A stretch of DNA of 64,000 nt from Eledone cirrhosa. Taxonomy: Eukaryota. A program made the position numbers and the translations under genes. The notes beneath the pieces are model-generated. The model saw only the letters and a program-made list of their open reading frames with translations, ran no database searches and had not been told where the DNA came from. The DNA lies in the NCBI GenBank assembly GCA_964016885.1, contig OZ024741.1, forward strand, positions 207,080,001-207,144,000, written 5' to 3'. Every line of letters begins with the position of its first letter. The first letter of the stretch is position 1. Shown piece after piece: positions 51,705-64,000 of this stretch.

Positions 51705-54700
51705 ATTATTTATGTAAGCGGACAGTACTTGAGTTAGGAGCCGCAGACACCCAAATACTGGATTTTTCCATCCTTCCAGGGGTCCGGGTAAATTTTCAAT
51801 CACAGATATTTTTAATTTGTTTGACCCGAATTACTTGATCGTTTTTTTTGGCTATGCGTATGATGGTTTAACGATCGTCTCAGTATATTCGGCCTTTAAC
51901 GTTTGTGATAGCTCTGGTTCTTCTGAATCATTGAGCACTTGCCACACATCTCTGAGGTTGATTTTTGTTATTTCGTGGGCCGAAATGCGAGTCTCGATAA
52001 TTTATGTTTGTATTAATCTCCAGACTCTAGCTATAGACCAGTTAATTTTCTAGATTTTTTAGTTGATTCTATTGACTGATGAATATCTTATGTTAATTTT
52101 AAGCCTTCTGTTGAGAACTCTATTCGATTTGTGATGTTTTCGAATTCTTACAAAAATATACACAACTGAATTCATTTGCCTGATTTAGGGGTTGACCCCC
52201 TTGCCGATCCCCACGTGGTGTCAGCAATATCAGTCCTTGTATTAACATTGAACTAAATCCTGTTGAGAAAGTGGCTTCCTTGTTCAATCATCTTACCAGA
52301 AGTCTAACACTATTTATATAAGCGCACAGTACTTGATTTTGGAGCCGCAGAAACCCAAATACTGGATTTTTCCAACCTTCCAGGGGTCCGGGTAAATTTT
52401 CAATCACAGATATTTTTTATTTGTTTCACCCGAATTACTTGATCGTTTTTTGGCTATGAAAATGATTGTTTAACCATCGTCTTAGTGTGTTTGGACTTTA
52501 ACGTTTGTGATAGCTCTGGTTCATCTGAATCATTGAGCACTTGCCACACATTTCGGAGGTAGTTTTTCGTTATTTCGTGGGCCGAAATGCGATTCTCGAT
52601 AATTTATGTTTGTATGAATTTCCAGACTCTAGCTATTGACCAGTTAATTTTCTGGATTTTTTAGTTGATTCTATTGACTGATGAATAGCTTATGTTAATT
52701 TTAACACTTCTGTTGAGAACTCTATTCGATTTGTGATGTTTTTGCATTCTTGCAAAAATATACACAACTGAATTCATTCGCCTGATATAGGGCTTGCCTC
52801 CCTTGCCGATCCCCGCGTGCGGTCAGGAATAGTCAGTCCTTGTATTAACATTGAACTCAAACCTGTTGAGAAAGTGACTTCCTTGTTCAATTATCTTACC
52901 AGAAGCCTAACATTATTTATGTAAGCGGATAGTCCTTGATTTAGAACGCGCAGAAACACAAATACTGGATTTGACCAACCCTCCAGGCATCCGGGTAAAT
53001 TTTCAATCAAAGATTTTGTTATTTCTTTCACCCGAATTACTTGATCGTTTTTTGGCTATGCGAATGATTGTTTAACCATCATATCAGTGTGTTTGGCCTT
53101 TAACGTTTGTTATAACTCTGGTTCATCTGAATCATTGAGCACTTGCCACACATCTCGGTGGTTGTTTTCAGTTATTTCCTAGGCCGAAATACGATTCTCG
53201 ATAATTTATGTTTGTATTAATCTCCAGACTCTAGCTATTGACCAGTTAATTTTCTTGATTTTTTTAGTTGATTCTATTGACTGATGAATAGTTTATGTTC
53301 ATTTTAACCCTTCTGTTAGGAACTCTATTCGATTTGTCATGTTTTTGCATTCTTGCTAATATATACACAACTGAATTCATTTGCCTGATATTGGGGTTGC
53401 CTCCCTTGCCGAGCCCCACGTGGTGTCAGCAATAGTCAGACCTTTTATTAACATTGAACTAAAACCTGCTGAGAAAGCGGCTTCCTTGTACAATTATCTT
53501 ACCAGAAGCCTAACATTATTTATGTTAGCGGACAGTACTTGATTTGGGAGCCGCAGAAACCCAAATACTGGATTTTACCAACCTTCCATGCGTGCGGGTA
53601 AATTTTCAATCACAGATATTTTTTATTTGTTTCACCCGAATTACTTGATCGTTTTTTTGGCTATGCGAATGATTGTTTTACCATCATCTCAGTGTGTTTT
53701 GCTTTTAACGTTTGTTATAACTCTGATTCGTCTGAATCATTGAGCACTTGCCACACATCTCGGAGGTTGTTTTTCGTTATTTCGTGGGCCGAAATGCGAT
53801 TCTCGATAATTTATGTTTGTATTAATCTGCAGACTCTAGCTATTGACCTGTTAATTTTCTTGATTTTTTTAGTTGATTCTATTGACTGATGAATAGCTTA
53901 TGTTAATTTTAACCCTTCTGTTAGGAACTCTATTCGATTTGTGATGTTTTTGCATTCTTGCAAATATATACACAACTGAATTCATTCGCCTGATATAGGG
54001 GTTGCCTCCCTTGCCGATCCCCTCGTGGTGTCAGCAATAGTCAGTCCTTGTATTAACATCGAACTAAAACCTGTTGAGAAAGTGGCTTCCTAGTTCAATC
54101 ATCTTAAAGAAGCCTAACATTATCTACGTAAGTGGACAGTACTTGATTTAGGAGTCGCAGAAACCCAAATACTGGATTTTACCAACCTTCCAGGGATCCG
54201 GGTAAATTTTCAATCACAGATGTTTTTTATTTGTTTCACCCGAATTACTTGATCGTTTTTTTGGCTATGCGAATGATTCTTTAACCATCGTCTCAGTGTG
54301 TTTGGCCTTTAACGTTTGCTATAGCTCTGGCTCATCTGAATCAGTGAGTACTTGTCACACATCTCGGAAGATGTTTTTCGTTATTTCGTGGGCCGAAATG
54401 CGATTCTCGATAATTTATGTTTGTATTAATCTGCAGACTCTAGCTATTGACCTGTTAATTTTCTTTATTTTTTAGTTGATTCTATTGACTGATGAATTGC
54501 TTATGTTAATTTTAACCCTTTTGTTGAGAACTCTATTCGATTTGTGAGGTTTTTTCATTTTTGCAAAAATATACACAACTGAATCCATTCGGCTGAATAA
54601 GGGGTTGCCTCCCTTGCGTATCTCCACGTGGAGTCAGGAATAGTCAGTCCTTGCATTAACATTGAACTAAAACCTGTTGAGAAAGTGGCTTCCTTGTTCA

Positions 54701-57700
54701 ATTATCTTACCAGAAGCCTAACATTATTTATGTAAGCGTACAGTACTTGATTTAGGAGCCGCAGAAACCCAAATACTGGATTTTTCCATCCTTCCAGGGG
54801 TCCGGGTAAATTTTCAATCACAGATATTTTTTATTTGTTTGGCCCGAATTACTTGATCGTTTTTTTTTTTGGCTATGCGAATCATGGTTTAACGATCGTC
54901 TCAGTGTGTTTGGCCTTTAACGTTTGTGATAGCTCTTATTCATCTGAATCATTGAGCACTTGCCACACATATCGGAGGTTGTTTTTTGTTATTTCGTGGG
55001 CCGAAATGCGATTCTCAAAAATTTATGTTTGTATTAATCTCCAGACTCTAGCTATTGACCAGTTAAGTTTCTTGATTTTTTAGTTGATTCTATTGACTGA
55101 TGAATAGCTTATGTTAATTTTAACCCTTCTGTTGAGAACTCTATTCGATTTGTGATGTTTTTGCATTCTTGCAAAAATATACACAACTGAATTAATTCGC
55201 CTGATATAGGGGTTGCATCTTTTGCCGATCCCCACGTGGGGTCAGCAATAGTCAGTCCTTGTATTACCATTGAACTAAAACCTGTTGAGAAAGTGACTAC
55301 CTTGTTCAATTATCTTACCAGATGCCTAACATTATTTATGTAAGCATACTTGATTTAGGAGCCGCAGAAACGCAAATACTGGATTTTACCAACGTTCCAG
55401 GGGTGCGGATAAACTTTCAATCCCAGATATTTTTTATTTGTTTCACCCGAATTACTTGATCGTTTTGGGGGCTATGCGAATGATTGTTAAACCATCGTCT
55501 CAGTGTGTTTGGCCTTTAACGTTTGTTATAGCTCTGGATCATCTGAATCATTGAGCACTTGCCACACACCTCGGAGGTTGTTTGTCTTTATTTCGTAGGC
55601 CGAGAGGCGATTCTCGATAACTTATGTTTGTATTAATCTCCAGACTCTAGCTACTGACCAGTTCATTTTCTTAATTTTTTTAGTTGATTCTATTGACTGA
55701 TGAATAGCTTATGTTAAATTTAACCCTTCTGTTTGAGAACTCTATTCGATTTGTGATGTTTTTGCATTCTTTCAAAAATATACACAACTGAATTCATTCA
55801 CCTGATTAGGGGTTGCCTCCCTTGCCGATCCCCACGTGGGGTCAGCAATAGTCAGTCCTTGTATTAACATTGAACTAAAGCCTGTTGAGAAGGTGGCTTC
55901 TTTGTTCAATTATCTTACCAGAAGCCTAACATTATTTATGTAAGCGTACAGTACTTGATTTAGGAGCCGCAGAAACCCAAATACTGGATTTTTCCATCCT
56001 TCCAGTGGTCCGCGTAAATTTTCAATCACAGATATTTTTTATCTGTTTCACCCGAATTACTTGATCATTTTTTTGGCTATGTGAATGATTGTTTAACCAT
56101 CGTCTCAGTGTGTTTGGCCTTTAACGTTTGTTATAGCTCTGGTTCATCTTAATCATTGAGCACTTGCCACACATCTCGGAGGTTGTTTTTTGTTATTTCG
56201 TGGGCCGAAATGCGATTCTCGATAATTTATGTTTGTATTAATCTCCAGACTCTAGCTATTGACCAGTTAATTTTCTTGATTTTTTAGTTGATTTTATTGA
56301 CTGATGAATAGCTTATGTTAATTATAACCCTTCTGTTGAGAACTCTATTCGATTTGTGATGCTTGTGCATTGTTGCAAAAATATACACAACTGAATTCAT
56401 TCGCCTGATATAGGGGTTGCCTCACTTGCCGATCCCCACGTGGGGTCAGCAATAGTCAGTCCTTGTATTAACATTGAACTAAAGCCTGTTGAGAAGGTGG
56501 CTTCTTTGTTCAATTATCTTACCAGAAGCCTAACATTATTTATGTAAGCGGACAGTACTTGAGTTAAGAGCCGCAGAAACCCAAATACTGGATTTTTCAA
56601 TCCTTCTAGGGGTCCGGGTAAATTTTCAATCACAGATATTTTTTATTTGTTTGACCCGAATTACTTGATCGTTTTTTGGGGGGCTATGCGAATCATGGTT
56701 TAACGATCCTCTCAGTGTGTTTGGCCTTTAACGTTTGTTATAGTTCTGGTTCATCTTAATCATTGAGCACTTGCCACACATCTCGGAGGATGTTTTTTGA
56801 TATTTCGTGGGCCGAAATGCGATTCTCGATAATTTATGTTTGTATTAATCTCCAGACTCTAGCTATTGACCAGTTAATTTTCATGATTTTTTAGTTGATT
56901 TTATTGACTGATGAATAGCTTATGTTAATTATAACCCTTCTGTTGAGAACTCTATTCGATTTGTGATGCTTGTGCATTGTTGCAAAAATATACACAACTG
57001 AATTCATTCGCCTGATATAGGGGTTGCCACGTTTGCCGATCCCCACGTGGGGTCAGCAATAGTCAGTCCTTGTATTAAAATTGAACTAAAACCTGTTGAG
57101 AAAGTGGCTTCCTTGTTCAATTATCTTACCAGAAGCCTAACATTATTTATGTAAGCGGACAGTACTTGAGTTAGGAGCCGCAGACACCCAAATACTGGAT
57201 TTTTCCATCCTTCCAGGGGTCCGGGTAAATTTTCAATCACAGATATTTTTAATTTGTTTGACCCGAATTACTTGATCGTTTTTTTTGGCTATGCGTATGA
57301 TGGTTTAACGATCGTCTCAGTATATTCGGCCTTTAACGTTTGTGATAGCTCTGGTTCTTCTGAATCATTGAGCACTTGCCACACATCTCTGAGGTTGTTT
57401 TTTGTTATTTCGTGGGCCGAAATTCGAGTCTCGATAATTTATGTTTGTATTAATCTCCAGACCCTAGCTATAGACCAGTTAATTTTCTAGATTTTTTAGT
57501 TGATTCTATTGACTGATGAATATCTTATGTTAATTTTAAGCCTTCTGTTGAGAACTCTATTCGATTTGTGATGTTTTCGAATTCTTACAAAAATATACAC
57601 AACTGAATTCATTTGCCTGATTTAGGGGTTGACCCCCTTGCCGATCCCCACGTGGTGTCAGCAATATCAGTCCTTGTATTAACATTGAACTAAATCCTGT

Positions 57701-60700
57701 TGAGAAAGTGGCTTCCTTGTTCAATCATCTTACCAGAAGTCTAACACTATTTATATAAGCGCACAGTACTTGATTTAGGAGCCGCAGAAACCCAAATACT
57801 GGATTTTTCCAACCTTCCAGGGGTCCGGGTAAATTTTCAATCAACGATTTTTTTATTTGTTTCACCCGAATTACTTGATTGTTTTTTTGGCTATGCGAAT
57901 GATTGTTTAACCATCATATCAGTGTGTTTGGCCTTTAACGTTTGTTATAACTCTGGTTCATCTGAATCATTGAGCACTTGCCACACATCTCGGTGGTTGT
58001 TTTCAGTTATTTCCTAGGCCGAAATACGATTCTCGATAATTTATGTTTGTATTAATCTCCAGACTCTAGCTATTGACCAGTTAATTTTCTTGATTTTTTT
58101 AGTTGATTCTATTGACTGATGAATAGCTTATGTTCATTTTAACCCTTCTGTTAGGAACTCTATTCGATTTGTCATGTTTTTGCATTCTTGCAAATATATA
58201 CACAACTGAATTCATTTGCCTGATATTGGGGTTGCCTCCCTTGCCGAGCCCCACGTGGTGTCAGCAATAGTCAGACCTTTTATTAACATTGAACTAAAAC
58301 CTGCTGAGAAAGCGGCTTCCTTGTACAATTATCTTACCAGAAGCCTAACATTATTTATGTTAGCGGACAGTACTTGATTTGGGAGCCGCAGAAACCCAAG
58401 TACTAGATTTTACCAACCTTCCATGGGTGCGGGTAAATTTTCAATCACAGATATTTTTTATTTGTTTCACCCGAATTACTTGATCGTTTTTTTGGCTATG
58501 CGAATGATTGTTTTACCATCATCTCAGTGTGTTTTGCTTTTAACGTTTGTTATAACTCTGATTCGTCTGAATCATTGAGCACTTGCCACACATCTCGGAG
58601 GTTGTTTTTCGTTATTTCGTGGGCCGAAATGCGATTCTCGATAATTTATGTTTGTATTAATCTGCAGACTCTAGCTATTGACCTGTTAATTTTCTTTATT
58701 TTTTAGTTGATTCTATTGACTGATGAATTGCTTATGTTAATTTTAACCCTTTTGTTGAGAACTCTATTCGATTTGTGAGGTTTTTTCATTTTTGGAAAAA
58801 TATACACAACTGAATTCATTCGCCTGAATAAGGGGTTGCCTCCCTTGCGTATCTCCACGTGGGGTCAGGAATAGTCAGTCCTTGCATTAACATTGAACTA
58901 AAACCTGTTGAGAATGTGGCTTCCTTGTTCAATTATCTTACCAGAAGCCTAACATTATTTATGTAAGCGGACAGTACTTGAGTTAGGGGCCGCAGAAACC
59001 CAAATACTGGATTTTTCCATCCTTCCAGGGGTCCGGGTAAATTTTCAATCACAGATATTTTTTATTTGTTTGACCCGAATTACTTGATCGTTTTTTTTGG
59101 CTATGCGTATGATGGTTTAACGATCGTCTCAGTATATTCGGCCTTTAAGTTTTGTGATAGCTCTGGTACTTCTGAATCATTGAGCACTGGCCACACATCT
59201 CTGAGGTTGTTTCTTGTTATTTTGTGGGCCGAAATGCGATTCTCGATAATTTATGTTTGTATTAATCTCCAGACTCTAGCTATAGACCAGTTAATTTTCT
59301 AGATTTTTTAGTTGATTCTATTGACTGATGAATAGCTTATGTTAATTTTAACCCTTCTGTTGAGAACTCTATTCGATTTGTGATGTTTTTGCATTCTTGC
59401 TAATATATACACAACTGGATTAATTCGACTGATATAGGGGTTGCCCCCCCCCCCCCTGCCGATCCCCACGTGCGGTCAGCAATAGTCAGTCCTTGTATTA
59501 ACATTGAACTAAAACCTGTTGAGAAAGAGGCTTCCTTGTTCAATCATCTTCCCAGAAGCCTAAAATTATTTATGTAAGCGGATAGTACTAGATTTAGGAG
59601 CCGTAGAAACCCAAATACTGGATTTTACCAACTTTCCAGGGGTCGAGGTAAATTTTCAATTACAGATATGTTTTATTTGTTTGACCCGACTTACTTGATC
59701 GTTTTTTTGGCTATGCCAATGATTGTTTAACCATCGTCTCAGTGTATTTGGCCTTTAACGTTTGTGATAGCTCTGGTTCATCTGAATGATTGAGTACTTG
59801 CCACACATCTCGGAAGATGTTTTTCGTTATTTCGTGGGCCGAAATGCGATTCTCGATAATTTATATTTGTATTAATCTCCAGACTCTTAATTTTCTTTAT
59901 ATTTTAGTTGATTCTATTGACTGATGAATTGCTCGTGTTAATTTTAACCCTTTTGTTGAGAACTCTATTCGATTTGTGATGTTTTTGCATTCTTGCAAAA
60001 ATATACACAACTGAATTCATTCGGCTGATATAGGGGTTGCCTTCCTTGCCTATCTCCACGTGGTGTCAGCTACAGTCAGTCCTTGCATTAACATTGAACT
60101 AAAACCTGTTGAGAAAGTGGCTTCCTTGTTCAATTATCTTACCAGAAGCCTAACATTATTTATGTATGCGGAGAGTACTTGATTTAGGAGCCGCAGAAAC
60201 CCAAATACTGGATTTTACCAACCTTCCAGGGGTCCGGGTAAATTTTCAACCACAGATATTTGTTATTTGTTTGACACGAATTACTTTACCTTTTTTTTGG
60301 CTATGCGAATGATTGTTTAACCATCGTCTCAGTGTGTTTGGCCTTTAACGTTTGTTACAGCTCTGCTTCATCTGAATTATTGAGCACTTGCCACACATCT
60401 CGGAGGTTGTTTTTCGTTATTTCGTGGGCCGAAATGCGATTCTCGATAATTTATGTTTCTATTAATCTCCAGACTCTAGCTATTGACCAGTTAATTTTAT
60501 TGATTTTTTAGTTGATTCTATTGACTGATGAATAGCTTATGTTAATTTTAACCCCTCTGTTGAGAACTCTATTCGATTTGTGATGTTTTTGCATTCTTGA
60601 AAAATATACACAACTGAATTAATTCGCCTGATATAGGGTTTGCCTCCCTTGCCGATCCCCACGTGGGGTGAGCAATAGTATGTCCATTGAACTAAAACCT

Positions 60701-61837
60701 GTTGAGAAAGTGGCTTCCTTGTTCAATCATCTTACCAGAAGCCTAACATTATTTATGAAAGCGGACAGTACTTGATTTAGGAGCCTCAGAAACCCAAATA
60801 CTGGATTTTACCAACCTTCCAGGGATCCGGGTAAATTTTCAAACACAGATATTTTTCATTTGATTGACCCAAATTACTTGATATTTTTTTTGGCTATGCG
60901 AATGATTGTTTAACCATCGTCTCAGTGTGTTTGGCCTTTAACATTTGTTATTACTCTGGTTCATCTGAATCATTGAGCACTTGCCACACATCTCGGAGGT
61001 TGTTTTTCGTTATTTCGTGGGCCGAAATGCGATTCTCGATAATTTATGTTTGTATTAATCTCCAGACTCTAGCTATTGAACAGTTAATCTTCTGGATTTT
61101 TTCAGCTGATTCTATTGACTGATGTATTGCTTATGTTAATTTTAACCCTTCTGTTGAGAACTCTATTCGATTTGTGATGTTTTTTGCATTCCTGCAAAAA
61201 TATACACAACTGAATTCATTCTCCTGATATAGGGGTTGCCTCTCCTGCCGATCCCCACGTGGGGTCTGCAATAGTCAGTCCTTGTATTAACATTGAACTA
61301 AAACCTGTTGAGAAAGTGGCTTCCTTGTTTAATCATCTTACCAGAAGCCTAACATTATTTATGTAAGCGGACAGTACTTTATGAGCCGAATACAGGATTT
61401 TACCAACGTTCCAGGTGTCCGGGTAAATTTTCAATCACAGATATTTTTTATTTGTTTGACCCGAATTACTTGATCGATTTTTTGTCTATGCGTCTCAGTG
61501 TATTTGGCCTTTAACGTTTGCTATAGCTCTGGATCATCTGAATCAGTGAGTACTTGTCACACATCTCGGAAGATGTTTTCGTTATTTCGTGGGCCGAAAT
61601 GCGATTCTCGATAATTTATGTTTGTATTAATCTCCAGACTCTAGCTATTGACCAGTTAATTTTCTTTATTTTTTAACTGATTCTATTGACTGATGAATAG
61701 CTTATGTTAATTTTAACTCTTCTGTTGAGAACTCTATTTGATTTGTGATGTTTTTGAATTCTTGCAAAAATATACACTACTGAATTCATTCGCCTGATAT
61801 AGGGGTTTCCTCCCTTGCCGAAATGCGATTCTCGATA

Positions 61838-61903
<66 letters not shown>

Positions 61904-62103
61904 GAGAGGTATAGAGATTGTTTTAGCAAGAAGCTAACGGCATTCTATAACATATATATATATATATATACATATATATATACACACCCATATACATACA
62001 CACATACACATTTATATATATATACACACAAATACATATATATATATATATACACATACACACACATACATATATATATACATATATATACACACATACA
62101 TAC

Positions 62104-62138
<35 letters not shown>

Positions 62139-62329
62139 TGCACATACATATACATACATATACACATACATATGTGTATGTGTGTATATGTATGTGTATG
62201 TGTGTGTATATATATAGAGAGAGATAGAGAGAGGAACGATCGACTTTCGTCAAATCGGACCGAGGGAACAATGTTTCCGTTGGTCATTCCAATTGCTAAT
62301 ACTATCTATCGGTCGCAACTCCAGGTAGA

Positions 62330-62449
62330 AGAAGCAACGTGAAATATAGTGTCTTGCTCAAGGACATAACGCATCACCTTGTCCAGGAATCGAACTCACT
62401 ACCTTACGATTGCGAATACAATTCTCTAACCACTCAGCCACACGCCTTC
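62330..62449 (-). mobile_element. tRNA-derived SINE head plus CORE/V-like motif
   Basis: Minus strand A box tggctgagtgg, B box gttcgattc, then tgtccttgagcaagacact. Confidence 0.7.
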
Positions 62450-63355
62450 ACTATATATATATGTAGATAAATCTACCGAAAGATACTGTAGTGTTCAATT
62501 TGTATGAAGAAGTCAATGTAATCCAAATATCATGAAAAGAAAAGATGTATTCAAAATTTTTTTTCGATGAAAATCACAGGAAAACAGAGTCAATTCCTTG
62601 TAGTCTATATAATACATTTATCCCCAAAAATGTTTCTTTCGTTTTTAACAACATTCTTTAATAACATCTAACTCTTATTTATCACATCTATATGAATTAA
62701 TATAAATGTATTTCTATAAGTATACCTATCAATTAAATTAATTTAATTTCTTGTTATAGATCTAAATTCCTTGTATTTTAAATAAGATTGGTATTTCTCA
62801 CTAACACATTTACCCTAAAATTGTATTCTTCGATTTTAACACTAGCATTATTCTTTAATAACATCAAATTTTCGTGTACCTTTCACCGGCTTGACCTCTT
62901 TTCATCCCCAAAGTAATCTTTTCATGCAAAGTATTATTTTCATTCAAAAACTTAAGTCTGCATTCCTCAACCCCTAAATTAAATTTCTACTACTACTATT
63001 CTATCAACTTGACCACTAACTACATTTCTATTGGTCAATTCAAAACATGTTCCCAAACAGACCTATTATATTAAATCTTTGTTGGTTTTTTAAAATAAAC
63101 AATTATCATTATTTCTGAAGACAGCATATATATGTGTAGGTATGTATATTTCCTCTGATAGTTTGTAAAATTGTTACATAGATCTATATGATATACATAC
63201 CAACACACACATATATATCCTAGAAACGATCGTAAAATGATGAATTTTTTAATATAAGGAACTGTTTCTTTGTTTTTATTCATTGGTTTTATTAATTTAT
63301 ATATATATATATATGTATGTATGAGTGTATATATATATGTATATATATATATGTA

Positions 63356-63396
<41 letters not shown>

Positions 63397-63405
63397 ATGT
63401 ATGTG

Positions 63406-63441
<36 letters not shown>

Positions 63442-63551
63442 CGTATATGTGTGTGTGTATGTGTATGTGTATGTATATGTATGTGTGTATGTATGTATGT
63501 GTGTGTGTATATATATGTATATATATATATATGTGTATGTATATGTGTATG

Positions 63552-63610
<59 letters not shown>

Positions 63611-63794
63611 GTGTGTGTGTATGTGTATATATATATATATATGTATATGTGTATATGTATGTATATGTATGTGTGTGTGTGTATGTGTGTATGTGTGTGT
63701 GAACATATATGTATGTGTTTGTGTATGTGTATATATATATATGTATATATATATATATGTGTGTGTGTGTATATGTATGTATATATATATAGAA

Positions 63795-64000
63795 TAGAAT
63801 GAAACGAAATTTTATTTCTCATTCTTATCACGGCACTTACTTAAATGTAATTATGTATGTATGTATACGTACATACATATATGTATACAGACGTACAGTA
63901 GTATGTATATATATACATACATTCACACATATATATATGCACGTATCGGTTTACCGAACATTTATTATAATGCTCGGTTTGTTTGTTTGTAAACAAACAA
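63795..64000 (-). mobile_element. Family A element copy cut by the window edge
   Basis: Matches 38676-38828 and the reverse complement of 16945-17135. Confidence 0.75.

Larger units (their letters stand above)
47757..61840. repeat. Tandem satellite, ~23 copies of a ~604-bp unit, with higher-order duplication
   Basis: The marker gtacttgatttaggagccgcagaaaccc recurs at ~47815, 48418, 49187, 49790, 50397, 51004, 51724 ... 60768, 61374. Confidence 0.97.

Noticed and set aside
55090-55155. CTGATGA in every satellite unit as a hammerhead
   Set aside because: An atag/ctat stem is possible, but it is followed by TCGATT rather than GAAA, and no stem III or NUH is evident.
47757-61840. CRISPR array or rDNA/histone gene tandem
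   Set aside because: No repeat-spacer pattern, no rRNA or histone motifs, and the reading frames are broken in most units.
62370-62449. tRNA gene
   Set aside because: A and B boxes are present, but there is no clean cloverleaf and the sequence runs into a SINE body.
62462-62492. Hairpin gtaga/tctac followed by GAAA next to (TA)n
   Set aside because: No CUGANGA and no valid NUH; too short to support a call.

Overview
AT-rich eukaryotic DNA with no recognisable host gene. The SINE, Dong/R4 and (TA)n content suggests a cephalopod such as Octopus; this is inference. The window is almost entirely nested mobile DNA. It holds two Tx1/L1-clade LINEs plus an older 3' fragment, an intron-containing RepHel Helitron pseudogene, several non-autonomous Helitrons in tandem, two Dong/R4 RLE LINEs, a decayed Ty3/Gypsy element, RTE remnants, SINEs and a ~14 kb satellite of ~604-bp units. 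Two signals stand out. First, at least four unrelated short non-coding repeat families sit in or beside (TA)n and each carries a hammerhead-ribozyme fold; they occur as tandem, circularly permuted and fold-back copies, like retrozymes or Penelope pLTRs. Second, a Tx1 LINE and a SINE repeatedly insert at ATT repeats, which is shown by empty-site paralogs inside the window. Coordinates were read by eye and are approximate. No searches or folding programs were run.
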